This document shows positions 11,696 through 24,390 of a DNA stretch of 64,000 nt, in pieces. The position numbers and the translations under genes were made by a program. Origin of the DNA: Podarcis bocagei (taxonomy: Eukaryota); assembly GCA_964188305.1 (NCBI GenBank), contig OZ076886.1, one strand, 5' to 3'. How positions within the stretch are numbered: the first letter of the stretch is position 1; the number at the start of each line of letters is the position of its first letter. Below the pieces are notes generated by a model. It did no database searches. It saw only the letters and a list, made by a program, of their open reading frames with translations, and was not told the origin of the DNA.

Positions 11696-12238
11696 CAGTC
11701 AAACTCAAGGAAAAGAGGGAAAACTCTATTTTCGCCTCCACTCTCCCTTATAATATATATGCGCTGGGCTGGGCTGGGGGTTAAGGCGGGGTGACAAGTC
11801 AGACTGGGACCGATGAGGGCAAAGGGACACCAGAAGATGTCTCGAGGAAGATCTCTCCTTTATGCGCCATCCCCCCAAAAAGAAGGGAGGGGTGTCTTCG
11901 AAGTGTTTGTGTGCATGCTGGAGTGACAAGGAATTTGAACCCGTGTTCAATGGCTTTTCCGCATGCTAACGTCCTTGTTATTTTCGCGATCCATCCCCCC
12001 AATTTTTTGTAGGGTTGTGCTTGGTAATGATGACAATAAATAACAGTAACAATAATGGTGATTATTATGACAATCGGTTCCAAGGCCCTTCCCTCTTGCT
12101 CCTGCACAGCCGAGTAACCGAAGTTCAAGAAAACACCGATCTGTCCATTTTGTCATTTTCTGCATTATTTATCGTAACGACGCTACTGATTAATTTATTT
12201 CTCTTCCCCACTCCCCATTCCCCCTCTCCTGCTCGTAG

Positions 12239-12294
12239 GGATCAGAACAGAACAGGATTTTTATGTCCGCTTAATCGACTCCATGACAAAACAA
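12239..12294 (+). CDS. EBF1: EBF1 coding exon 4 (IRTEQDFYVRLIDSMTKQ)
   Basis: Long pyrimidine tract then cgtag|GG, donor CAA|gtaagt. 56 nt. Translated by hand because this frame is absent from the ORF track. Confidence 0.97.
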
Positions 12295-12801
12295 GTAAGT
12301 TCCTCCCGTCTTAATTCGTGCCTGTATACTTTCTCCCTCGGAGAGATCAAGCTGTGTCTGGGGTGGTTGGAGACAACGCGTTTGGTTCGGTTCGCCGCGG
12401 GTTGCAGGAAGCTGAGACTGGGGGCTGGCTCGGGGGACCAGTTGGTTGTTTGTTTGTGTGCGTCCCCAGAATTGCGGAGCCGGCGATCGACGTGGGGAGC
12501 GCGCCGAATGAGGTGAGGTCAAGGCGCGCAACGTGCGACTGCTTTTGTGTGCACGCTGCGACAGGCCGTGCAGACCAGTCTCTCTTCCCGGGGGAAAGCG
12601 CAGCCCCTCGGACAAATTGACACAGATCAGCAAATTAGCCGAAGGAGGGGAGGAGAGGGGGTTGGGTTTTTCTCTTCTCCCCACCCCAAGATACCAATTC
12701 CATTTCAGCCCCTTTGCTGTCCTGGCCAAGTTTACCCCGAAGTAAACCCCTTTGTTCCAGCTGTCTGCCCGCGGATCCTGGCTTTGCACGGCCGGGTGAA
12801 G

Positions 12802-12947
12802 CAGTGGCGTAGCGTGGGTTGTCAGCACCCGGGGCAAGGCAAGTAATTTGCACCCCCTAACCCGTAGATTTGTGCCCCCTAACCCTAACCCCCAGATGTT
12901 GCGCCCGGTGCGGCCGGCCCCCCTGCACCCCCCACGCCACGCCGCTG
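12802..12947. mobile_element. Non-autonomous hAT MITE, family A (CCCTAA-containing)
   Basis: TIRs CAGTGGCGTAGCGTGGG / CCCACGCCACGCCGCTG. Perfect 8-bp TSD GGGTGAAG (12794-12801, 12948-12955). Near-identical copy at 32493. Confidence 0.92.
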
Positions 12948-13062
12948 GGGTGAAGTTGATAAACTCCTATCCAAACCAGTCCCACAAAGACCTGGTTTCT
13001 GGGGCGAGAGCCGGAGGGTATTTTCTAACATCGGTCAGAGTTTTCAAACGCGCCTCATCTTC

Positions 13063-13158
13063 TGGTTCGATCCCTGTACGGGACAGCTATATATATTCCT
13101 TCATTGCGAGGGGTTGGACTAGATGATCCCGAGGACCCTTTCCAATTCTATGCTTCTG
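13063..13158 (+). mobile_element. 5'-truncated copy of the tRNA-Ile/CR1-tail SINE
   Basis: ggttcgatccctgtacggg...gggttggactagatgatcccgaggaccctttccaattctatg. Confidence 0.7.
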
Positions 13159-16100
13159 CTAAGAGCGGACGGTTGCCATCGGGGCGCATTAGGTGCGAAG
13201 TATTTCTCTCTCTTTTCCCCACCCTCACATTTCCTACTCCAAATTCCTAGCCACTTAAAAGTCCAGGTAGAGGAGAGAGCCAGCAGTCCTAACGGTTAGA
13301 GCACCAGAAAGGGGGAAAGTCCGCCTAAAGCAGGAGCGATGAGATGACGGAGATCTCGCCTCTGCGAGCGAGGGATGAAGTCCATCCGCTTGGAAAGGAA
13401 AGCGCGCCTGCGGCTGCAGAGCCCAGAGCAAGCCGCGCGCAGCTCAGGCGAAAGAGCGCTTTGGAATCGGCGTTTGGCTGCGATGGGCAAAGCGCCTCCT
13501 GCTCCCGGTTTTAGATTGGCCGGGAGCCAGGGCGGGGTGAAGGCGCCGCCGCCTTAAAGGTACAGGATCGCCGTCACAGCCTCCTCGCCAACCTCTCTAA
13601 TGGGCCAGGGCCAAATAAGGAACTGAGATCGGGTTGCGGCCAGAAGGAGGAGGAGGAGAGGCGGGGAGGGCAATGTTATTTGTCACACACGCAGAGATTA
13701 ATTTTGTCTCCCCCCAAATCCGAAGTTTTAATTAGGCACAGTTGCTGTTTGAAATAAATAAATAACGTGCGGCTTCCTACTCCCTGAAGGCGTTCAGATC
13801 ACAGGATTCTCCTCTCCCCCGCCCCCAACTCACTTTAATTATACGAATGAAAAGAAATAGAAAACAAACACAGCCACGCAAAAACAGCAACCAGCCAGTG
13901 TAGCAAATATTTATCCTTCTCTTATTTGCAATGACATTCCTAGTGTTTTTGGTGGTTGGTTTTTTTGGGTGGGTGGGGGGACAGCGATTAACTCATTAGA
14001 GCTTTGCAGCTGTATAACTAGGCAGTGAAATGTATGCCGGGAGGTTAAGTGACTGTTTTAGAAATGCTACGTTCAAATACAAGCCTAGTTTTAATTTGTA
14101 ATATGGGGAGCTGTTCCTGTGATGCAGGCTAATTTTGAGTATGACATTTGCTTCAGAACGCTCAAGTTTGTGTGTGTATGTGTACATACCCAAAGCCAAG
14201 CAATTGTGTTTGCAGGTAAAAGGCTACACACAGACAGAGAGAAAACCAAAACAGGAGGCAAGAATTTTGCCTCCCCAAATCACAATATTTTTGTGCTATG
14301 ATTTAATTAAAATCATAATTTCTTTTTTTAAAAAAAATCTAAAATTAAAAGACTTTAAAATCAGATCTGATTAGCATTCATGTTAATCATTTGAAAGTAA
14401 TCAGTTGAGGTACATAGACTTATTCAAGTTTTGTTTTTCTATAAAAAAGTTGGGGGTTTTTTTGTGTAGGAGGGGTTCCTCCACTTTAAAAAGGCCAGAC
14501 AAAATCTCCAACATTTGCACACATTTATAAACCAGTTTCTGGGTGTTTCAAATTCTGTCTTCAAAAACTTTTATTGCTTGGCTTTGTTTTTGGTGGCTTT
14601 TTGACACCAAACCAGAAAGGTCAAAGTGCTGAGTTTGTTTTAGAACACTGTCTTTGATGGTCCCTAAACATCTTTTCCTGCTATTGATGGCTGTCTTACA
14701 ATAGGAAGAAAAAGAAAGAAAGAAAATGAAGTAATTATGTTAGACAATTCCATCTTTCAGATACAGCTAATTGAAAGATACTCTTTTGAAAGAGTCTGTA
14801 GCAGGGGCTGAAACAAAAACAGGAACAATTCTCTAACAGCAAGTCTCGAAAAAGTGGTGAACAGAATTGGCTGAAAATGGATCTGTGAGCTCATATTTAA
14901 ATTGGCAGAAGCCCTCACAGTGCTTTGGGGTGTGTCTTGTGTATTTCATGAGGAATTGTTACAAAAATACCATTAAATATTATAATTGAACAGCTTTTAT
15001 ATTACAGTCATGGAAGAGATGATGTTTCCACCTTTCATAATTATGATCCCCTGGTGGAAAGCGACTATTTGAGTTTCTATAGCTTTAAAGCACTTTCCTT
15101 AACAAGGCACTTTGCTTATGATTGCATTGTTGTCAAATCATCTGTGAGTTTTCTTAAGAAAATAAAAGGTGAACAGTCTGCCATCCTTCGCTTAAATACG
15201 ATGGTGAGATTTAAGCAGCCTGAATGCAGGATTGCAGCCTTTGTTTGTTTGTAGCATTTATAATACAGATATTACAGGCTATAATCACCTTTGGAGGATG
15301 TCTCAATTCCCCCACCCCCTTCTGTATCTAAATCTGCAGTGAGGAAAAAAATACAGTATCTTTTTCTGAGTTTGGGGTGGGATTGAAGCTTATCACTGAC
15401 AAACAACATAGACAGAACAAAGATCTGAGGGAGAATGTTGATACAGAACTACATTAAAAGCCTCTTCTGGGTGTGAATGTAAAAAATAGCAAGCTGGTGG
15501 ATACAAGTGTGTTGTGTTATTTGCTTCCTTGTTAGGCCCATGAATGTGCTCAGAAGTGGCACATGTGCCTTTAAATATAATCAGTGGCTGTATCAGTTTT
15601 TGTGCTTGTGGTGATCTGATTATTATTTCTGGAAAGCAAAGACGCTTGCTAAATTTCTGCTCAAAACAAATTTGCTTGGGAGGTCTTGAAGCCTGTGCGC
15701 TAGTTAATCAAGGAAGGAAGGTCAGTGCTGCATATGGCTTGCCAACGTGTCCAAATGTGGAGACATCGCTAGCAGTTTAGCGCAGAGTGTGCATAATATA
15801 TAGGAGATTCCCGAGTAACTTTCAGCTTGTAATTAAATTGTGCAAAGCCTGGTTGGGAAAAAAAAACTTTAATCTTTAATGCAAGTTAAACATATATTGT
15901 CAACCTACTTAGAGGGGCAGTATTCCAGTACAAACGACTCAGAACAAATTGGATAATGGAATGATGACTCCGAAATGAAACTGTGGCAGGAGCATGCATG
16001 CCTTAATGGGGTGGCGTCAGCGGGAGACTTGCGCACGTGCCTTCGTCAACAATGACTGTCCTACACGGCAGTCACTGTTTCGAAGACATTTGTTGCAAAT

Positions 16101-18599
16101 ATTATTTTTTAAAAAATATATCTGAAAAGGTTAATGAACAAATAGGTTGTCCCCTCTAGGAATGTGTCAGTGAAGAGACACCATTGAAGGGAAAGGCTGG
16201 TTTAAATCTATAGTGATATTGACATAAGCATGTAGGTAACTGAACTATATAATCATTTAATTCAGAAAAATAAACTTTAATAGATGGTTTATTATCCACA
16301 GTGATTGCAATCACTTTCATTCAATTGTATTAGTATTATTATTATTTCTTTGTTTAAATGTCTGGATGCTTGAGACTCTCTGTATGAAAAGTCATGGACA
16401 GATGCTGGGCTTGAGATATTGCTTTTTTTAAAAAAAAATAAAGCAGGTCGTAATAGTGCTTTATGAGTCATGGATATTATCCCAACTTCATCTGTATGTT
16501 TTTTTTAAAAAAACCAACCCCTAAAGCCTAAGAATAGACAAGGGTATATTTTGGGTAGAAATCTTGAAATAGTTACTCATGAATAAGCCATTGTTGGCTT
16601 AAATGGGACAGTACCTGCATGCAACTGCTTGCCTATATTTAGCAGTCTCTGATGTTGCCTAAGAAATTAGACTTGGGTCCTGATATAGTGACAAAGCTTA
16701 CCCCAACTGGAGAGAGCTGATTTAGGCTTTTGGGCATTAATTTTGTCTCTGCATTCATATAAGCAAACACCCAATCTTACTTCCCTTGCCCCGAACATGT
16801 GAATTTGTCCCTGAAGTTTTAACATTGGTCAGGCCTTCAAGCGTGTGCATGTATCATGTTGTGTTTTATGTGTCTATATTGCACTTGGCATTGGACATAT
16901 TGGCAATGTAAAGCTGGATGCCGTGGGTGCTTCTCAGCTCTGGAATGATGTGCATGTAAATATACATGTATGCAACCTGATAAACAATACCCTTCACTGA
17001 ACAACGTTAAGTACTCTTCAGTGCTGAGAGCAGATCTTCTCACAGTTCAGTCCTAATGCACTTCGTAGAAATAAGTAGAGCTGTTTCCTGCAGAACTTTC
17101 CCCCATGTAAGGCATTCTAGATGCTATATCAAACATTGTTTCAAATAACTCTATAGATGTCTGTCCCCTCCCCTCCCTGCCGCTGAGCATGATGCACATG
17201 GTACATATGTAGTTTTCCATTTTTGCCACGACCCTGCTGTGCCAATGCACACAGGTATTCAATCAGCTCTCTGCTCAGCATATTGCATGGTTCTGTGGCT
17301 GGCACATAGGCGATTAAAATATTATGAATCCATTCAGAAAAGAACTCTGCAGAATCTGAGCTATTGAGCACAATGCGCCTTTGAAAACGCAAGAGAGAAA
17401 GTTTGCAATCGAGCCAGGTTCCAGCAGCTTCAGTGTTCCTTTGGTTGCATGTCAGAAAGTGCAGGTGATTTTAATTTCCTCATATGGAGAAGAATGCAGA
17501 AGTCTGAAATTTGCATGCATGATCAGGACCTGTGTGTTTGGGAAAATGTAAACTCATCACAGTGGAAAATGTGTTGTTTGGAGTCTGGGGGTGAAAACAA
17601 AGCTGAGGATTTTGGAGCGACTGCCTGGGCCAGATGGCCTAGTGCATTCCCAGTCTGGCAGCCCAACTGCTCCCTCCTGTATAATATACAGCCATTTGTT
17701 CTGGGATATTTACGCTAGAGTTGTTTCCATGTGAATGTTTGAGAAGCGTTGAAAACGAACATATTAAGGGGGGCAAGAATTTTATTTAATTCATGTGAAT
17801 TCAAGTTGATTAGCGAGCCAACATGCCAGGGACGAGAGAATGAGAACAATGATTAGCGTCTTTTGGTTTAGGGCTGTTGAGCAAGAAAAATAATCGCTAT
17901 ATTTTGGGGGCCAGTCTGAGCAACCCCTTATTGCTCTACCTATTAAAACATTATAGCAAATAATGAGGGGCTGCTCTGCAGGCGGAAATCAGAATTAGTG
18001 GCTGGTTAAATATTGCAAGTGGAAATTATTTTAATCCAGAATCTAAGCACTCATTCCTAAATATTTCCAAGGCTTTATCAATACAACATGATAGTCTAAA
18101 CCCTATTTTATGATTATCTAAATACTCTTTGCCCCTTCTTCAGACATAGACCTATGGATGCAACCTGATGTATAAAATGCTTCTTTTATGTGGACACCTA
18201 TTTGTCTGCATAATGTTAGATAGCACTCAGATATCCCAAGTGGTAAGAGATAATTTGCTGGATATAGGGACATAGGGATTGGTTCGTGACCATTTATGCA
18301 CATTGGGTTATATCCAGTGGTGGTGTTCAGCTAACAGAAGACTGCTGCCAGCAGAAAGGAGATTTTGGCAATTTCAGGCAATTATCCCACCCATCCCTGC
18401 AGCCCCCCTCACCTGCCATAAATATGGTGCAGAGGTTTGGAGGAGCAGGTGGGGAGAAATTGCAAAAAAACAACAACTTAGTACCCTATTCTGCAGATGA
18501 AAACCTTACAACCCATGGGCTCCAATCCAGCTAAAGTTAGTTGCTCCTAAGTAACATTGCAGCTAATGGAACAAGTTAGTTATGACTGTAGAGCACGTC

Positions 18600-19590
18600 C
18601 CGCAGGAATACTGTATCCAAATCTGTGCATTTAAAAAACCCCCAGTGTGGTTGGACATATATCCCAATGAGTCAGAGGTCCTGTTCTGGAGGGGGTTGCA
18701 CTCCTACTGAGTGAACCAGTGCATAGTTTGGGTTGCTCCTAGAATATTTGTTGTTGAGGAGCACCTCTTTTCAGCTTTGGCTGGTTCACCAGCTGTTGCC
18801 GTTCTATGACAGGGAGAACTTGGCTCCTGTGGCCCATGTGCTGATAACCTCATGTTTGGATTACTCTATGTGAAGCTGCCCTGGAATTTTTGTTGCATGT
18901 GGCTAGGCTCCTGTCAGAGCAGTGGTGGGCTTCAAAATTTCAGTGGCTCCCTGTGCAATGCCAAAATTCACCCCCTCCCACCTCTCACTTTCTGTTATTC
19001 ATCATTGTTGCTGTTCCCTCTCGGTTTGGCACCCAGTGTGGGCGAACCAGTCGTGTTCCCTTAAATCCACCCCTGGTCAGAGGTGGCCTGCAGTGAGCAC
19101 GAATTGTGGAAGAACTGCAGTGGCTTCTAATATGTGACTGAGCCAGTTTCATGGTACTTGTGTACAGAAAGCCCCAAACAACTTGGAAACTCAATTCCTG
19201 GGAGAACACCTGCTCCCCTATAGACCAGCCTGTATATTAAAGTCAGCTAAGGTGGCTCTCAACAGCCTCACCATTTTTTGATATTTGTATGGCAGCGTTG
19301 TGGGGGAGAGGCTTCTCGGTGGGGGCACCTTGCCTTTGGAATGCTCTTCCCTTTGAAATAGGATGGATGCTGATCCTGTTCAGCTTTGGGCACCAGCTAA
19401 AGACTGGACTTTTTGCTCAGGCCTTCCTCAACATTTAATGTCAGACTTATTTGTCCTGACCTCTTCGGGTTGCCATGCATTTGCTCCTGCTCTTAAGCTG
19501 TTGAGTGTTTTTTGTGTTGCTTTTAACTTTTAACCCACTTTGAAATCACTAGCAATGAAAAGCAGGATAGAAATGTTTTTAATAAGTAGT
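18600..19590 (+). mobile_element. Decayed L2-like LINE 3' fragment, interrupted by a MITE
   Basis: Remnants resembling the RT C-terminal region (gtggcccatgtgctgataacctcatgtttggattac; gggggcaccttgcctttggaatgctcttccc...tttttgctcaggcctt) and a simple-repeat tail. Family call is by recall only. Confidence 0.5.
18920..19075. mobile_element. hAT-like MITE nested in the L2-like fragment
   Basis: Imperfect TIRs CAGTGGTGGGCT / AATCCACCCCTG. GTCAGAG repeated on both flanks. Confidence 0.6.
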
Positions 19591-19617
19591 AGTAGTAGTA
19601 TGTATATATGTATGTAT

Positions 19618-19756
19618 GTATTTATTTATACCCCGCCCATCTGACTGGGTTTCCCCAGCCACTCTGGGCGGCTCCCAACAGAATATTAATAACACGATAA
19701 AACATCAAACATTAAAAACTTCCCTAAACAGGGCTGCCTTCAAATGTCTTCTAAAC
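19618..19756 (-). mobile_element. Younger LINE (L2-like) 3' end, reverse
   Basis: tttatttataccccgcccatctg...cagccactctgggcggct...gggctgccttcaaatgtcttctaaa, next to a (TATG)n/(TTTA)n tail. Confidence 0.55.
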
Positions 19757-21080
19757 GCCATTTATTAAAAGTTATTTCTAAATTAATAAACATAATGGTC
19801 CTAGTTGGAGGTAAGGGGAAAGGATTTAATTGCCTTTTTAATATACTTTTTCAGCCTCCTATCAAGACATACCCCAGAGTTAAAACTATAAAAGACAAAC
19901 ACACCCACACCGGGGGAAAATTGCATCACATGGTTGTTTATTTCTTTACCCATGTGGGTTATGGTGTACATTTGCAAAATTATTTTTAGTACTACAGTAG
20001 TCTAACTTTATACCGGGGTACTTTCACTTCACTTCTTCCTAATTTATTGATCTCTTTTTGTAACTAGGTTTCACCGGAGCAGAGCCCTGCATAACTTTGA
20101 CTATTATCCCACCAAAGGTCTTGGTTTCATGAACAGAGCATAAAAAATATTTGGAAATATTTAGATCAATACACCATTTTCATTTAATGCATACAATAGA
20201 AGGGTTGTGCGTGCGCGTCTGCGTGTGTATTTAAAGGAATCATAATTTAGCAACTTCCTGTAGTGGGACCTGAGTTTCTGTCAGCTGCAAAGATCTGAGA
20301 CTGTTCTTCCTTCCGTCCTGAAACCAACTGTTGTAAATGTTTGCCGCCATGGTTTGTGAGCACAGACAGCAACTGTAAGCTAACCAGTCAGCCCCACACT
20401 TCTTATATTGTGCCATTTGCGAGAAGAGGTAACATCCTAAGAGTGGCTTAGAGAGCCAAAATAGAGTGGCACCCTGTCTATCCTGTTATTTGATCATTCA
20501 TCCACAGAGGGGTGGGGATTCTTTTGGTCCTCCGGGTCCTTCATTGCAGCTTAGAGGTCTGCAAACTTATTCTTCCAAATAAATCTAGGTTGCCATTTTT
20601 TAGCCTTGGTAATGGTGCAAGGGAAGGATAACAAGAGGCTGTTCTCCACAGGCCCTTAATGAATTAAATACCTGCAACATTCTAGACACTCGCATGTCAA
20701 GTTTAGCCAAGTAACGCCAGCTTATTGAACAAACACTAAGGACCACTTCTTGCAATTTCTCTGCCCAAGACAGTCTCTTTCCTCCCCTTTGACTGGATTT
20801 CACTCTGCAGCAGGCAAAGTGTTCATGGGACTTGGCCATTGAGTGCATGGCCTGTCCTTTTTTTTTTTTTTTTTGCATGCTCTTGCTTTTGCATGGTGTT
20901 GGTCATGTCCACTGCATTGTTTCTGCATGAACACATGGTGCATCAACCTGCTCAACATAGTTGGGTGAAATGGATCTAATTTCCCTGGTGCTTGTGCACA
21001 GATCCTAAGCACCTTGGATGGACCAGGCTCACATATAATGTAGGGGCAATCTTGGCAGGAATGTTGTGTTTGTAAGTGTC

Positions 21081-21220
21081 CCTTATGTCAAGTCGGACCA
21101 GCTTTCTAAGCATTGTCTAAACTGACCGGTAGTAGTAGCTCTCCAGGAGATGTCAGGGACTGAACCTGGGACTTTCTGCATGCAAAGCAAATGGTCTGCC
21201 ACTGAGCTAAGGTCCTTCCC
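21081..21220 (-). mobile_element. tRNA-Ala-like SINE (same family as 53817)
   Basis: gggactgaacctgggactttctgcatgcaaagc...ccactgagctaaggtccttccc. Confidence 0.7.
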
Positions 21221-21380
21221 AACACATGCATGGCATTTAATGCAATTCGTTGAACAGCTATTATCAGTAAACAATCTGAAATGCGGGTAAAATTGTGTTT
21301 GGTCAAATAGGCTCCTAGAACTGGCTTGCCTTTTTGTTCTTGCAAAGAAGGAAATACTGAGGAGCATCTGTACAACCCAA

Positions 21381-21383
<3 letters not shown>

Positions 21384-21419
<36 letters not shown>
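21384..21419. repeat. (GT)n microsatellite
   Basis: Direct reading. Confidence 0.95.
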
Positions 21420-21420
<1 letters not shown>

Positions 21421-24320
21421 TGTGGGGGGGGGGGTTAAGGTTGCCAACTTTCAAATCAGCACATGCAGCTCTCTCTTCAAGCACAGTTTGATAGGCAGCA
21501 ATTGGCAGGTGATAATGCTTAGCTGCAAAAGTGGTGCCTGCTGATTTATGCAAATCGAAGCTTTGTTATAGGGCAGGAGTGGGTTGTTTTTGCTTTTATC
21601 TAGTTGGCAATCCTAAAGGAAATGCAAAACTTTTGGTAACCTCTATATGTGGCTCATAGAATGGGAGCTGAAAAAAGTAGGCAGCGTCCATCTCCCAGCC
21701 ATGCATTCTGTTTTAATACATGCAGTTGCCTTGATAATAGCTGAGTGCAAAGAAATTGAAGTGAGCCCCTAGTGCATCGCAAGGCTAAGGATGTTATGCA
21801 CGTAAGCAAAAGGACTGCTGATGTTAAACACAACAGACAGGTGATTAGATACCACACTGTTGACTCTGTTTGTTCATTATTGCTATTTAGCTGGGTTTTG
21901 TTTTTTAAAAAGTAGGTACCTGGAGGTTAAGTAAGCATAGCAGATGCATGGAGAGGAAGTGAAGAAAGGGAGGGAATTAAATTTGTAGCTGCTAGTGAAG
22001 CTGATGTTGCTGCAATTAAACTCACATTGACTCCGGTGCCGGCAAGATTGGCAGCTGAGCATGCACAGTGGTGGGGCTTCAACATTTTCAGTTCTTACTT
22101 AAGTAGGGGGTGGGATCCTTTGGGGCCCTACTGTGCTGTATTAAATGCAAAATCAATTATTCAGCACAAAACACCATTGCCCCAGCTTCGCTGGCTTTTT
22201 GGCAGCGCCCCGATAACCCGACATATCAAATGCAATTAAGCCTTTGGTATTCTTCCATTCCTGCGGTCAAAAAGTCCACTCTTGATAACATACAAACCCC
22301 ACAGCATCAATCACTTGTGTTGCCTTTTGATTCTAGGAAGATTTTTTAAAAATTCTAAACCTGCAAAAATCACAGTAGTGTAAAACTTCATTTATTTAAA
22401 TAATTGATTTATATTTATATTTATATTTATATTAAATGAACCTGTATCTGGTCCTGATGATTTGCAGGTAAACCTCTACTTGTAAATATTCCTTAAAAAT
22501 TCCAAGAGGCAAATCACTGTGTGTTTTTTAAAAGCACCATCTGATGTAGGAATTAGTACCAATGATTCTAGTGCAGTATAGTGTTTACTTGCACAGATCC
22601 AGAACTCTGTGTGCACTCTGGTGGGCACCCAGACCTCCTTACATGGAGTGGTTTCCTCATTCACTTTAATTGTGTGCAAGACTCCATCCACGGGAATGTT
22701 TTTTCTGCCTCTCTGCACAGCAGATCCCCCTCATCTGCAAGAGATCTCTGGATCACCACAAATGCTTTTAACATGAGGGTTTCTCTGTGTTTCCAAGCCT
22801 AAGGACTTGTAAGTTAGAGCTGGTTCAAGCAATTCAGCGAGGCGTGTGGCAGAGTCTGGGTGAAACTGCCTCATGGCACCTTATGGAGATGAGATGTTTC
22901 AAACCACCCCTAGTTCTCTTTGCGCATCCAAAACCCACTTCATCTGCATGCACTGGCTTTGCACGTACAGAGGGATTTTGACATGGAGTGCTTTCAAGTA
23001 AGTCATCATTATGGAAAAGTATGAATCGGCTCAAAGTTCCACTGAAGCCAGTGAGATGTGCATGTAAATAGGTGAGTGGATATGGAGTTGTCTAGCCCAG
23101 TGCAGTTCACTCTAACTCAGTAGTGGGAGCCAGATGTGGCCCTCCAGGGCCTCTCTATTTGGCCCTCAGTAGCCCTATTTCACACCTTCAAGGCTTTTTT
23201 TTATTTTTGCCTAACTGGAATGTATCCTTGAACAGATCATGCCTCCTGGTTGCCTGGATGAAGGATATAGAGATGTGTGTGTGTAAAATAGCCCACTGTA
23301 TAAAGGTAAACATTTGTTGGTTCCCACAATTTTGCTTCTCACCCCTGGCATGGGGGCCCCTGGCATGTGCCCAGCTGGCACTGTGGACATTTATCAGATA
23401 CTGGCTCTAACTGGCATCAATTCTTAAAGACATCAGGCACCAATCCTTAGCAGCCCTGCTCCCCAAGATCTGCTTAAATGAGAGATGCTGATGGTCAGAC
23501 TCGGCATGCAACTAACTTGCAATGCTATTGAGCTGCATCCCTTTCTCTAACCTTGCAGTACTGAGCTCAGATCCTGCTAAGTATGTCAGTGGCTTTTCAA
23601 AAGGGAAAAGAGAAACGCACTTGGTACACAAAGCCCCAGTGGGTGAAACAAGTGGAACAATATATGCAAAGGAGTACAGGCTGAAATCCCTCTGAAATGC
23701 AAGCTGAGATCTTGGTTGATGAGAAAGGGATAAGATCTGGACCCAGGGAAGACACCCCCCCCCAACCCTCTGCAATAAAGTTAGATGCTGAGAAAGTCCC
23801 TCTGTACAAGCTCTGTTAGAGCTTTCTTAAAAAGTGGCGTTGGCGTGAAGGCTGCAGAAAGCTACAGCAACACCAGTGCTATTATTTACGGCACTACTAA
23901 ATCATATTAAAATATAGTATACCGTACTGGAGTGTGATAATACTATGTTTAAGCAATTACTTTTGCTGGCTAAGATTCATGACTGCTGCACAGGCAAACC
24001 TCACCCCCTCCTATCGCTTTCAGTGGGCAACCTTTTCAAAAGCAAAGTTACCGCAGTGCCAAGCCGTCTCATTTTATGCATGGCTTTGTTCCGCTTGTTT
24101 AGCTGTACTAGTTTGCTTGAGCTGGCCACACACACACACACACACACGAATTTTACTTGTTGGTTTGTGTTAGGGATGCCATGAAACGACTTATACTTTT
24201 AAAAGCAAAGTTTTTATGCGGTACCCTTTTTAGTAAGGGTGTGCCAAATGATGCTGCGGACTGCAGCTCTGGCATCATAGAATTGTGGAGTTGGATGGGA
24301 CCACAGTTGCAGTTCAACCT

Positions 24321-24390
24321 TGCCCAATGTGAGGCTTGAACCCACAACCCCGAGATTAAGATTCTCATGCTCTACCAACTGAGCTATGTG
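24321..24390 (-). pseudogene. tRNA-Lys(CTT)-derived pseudogene or SINE head
   Basis: Reverse complement tagctcagttggtagagcatgagaatCTTaatctcggggttgtgggttcaagcctcacattgggca resembles vertebrate tRNA-Lys-CTT. It shows CpG-decay substitutions and a broken acceptor stem. Confidence 0.75.

Noticed and set aside
12586-12595. Perfect EBF palindromes TCCCNNGGGA at 12586 and 61486 as autoregulatory sites
   Set aside because: About one match is expected by chance in 64 kb, so two are not evidence without conservation or ChIP data.
22160-22210. Split REST half-sites TTCAGCAC ... GGCAGCGCC
   Set aside because: The ~30-nt spacing is far from canonical RE1 geometry.
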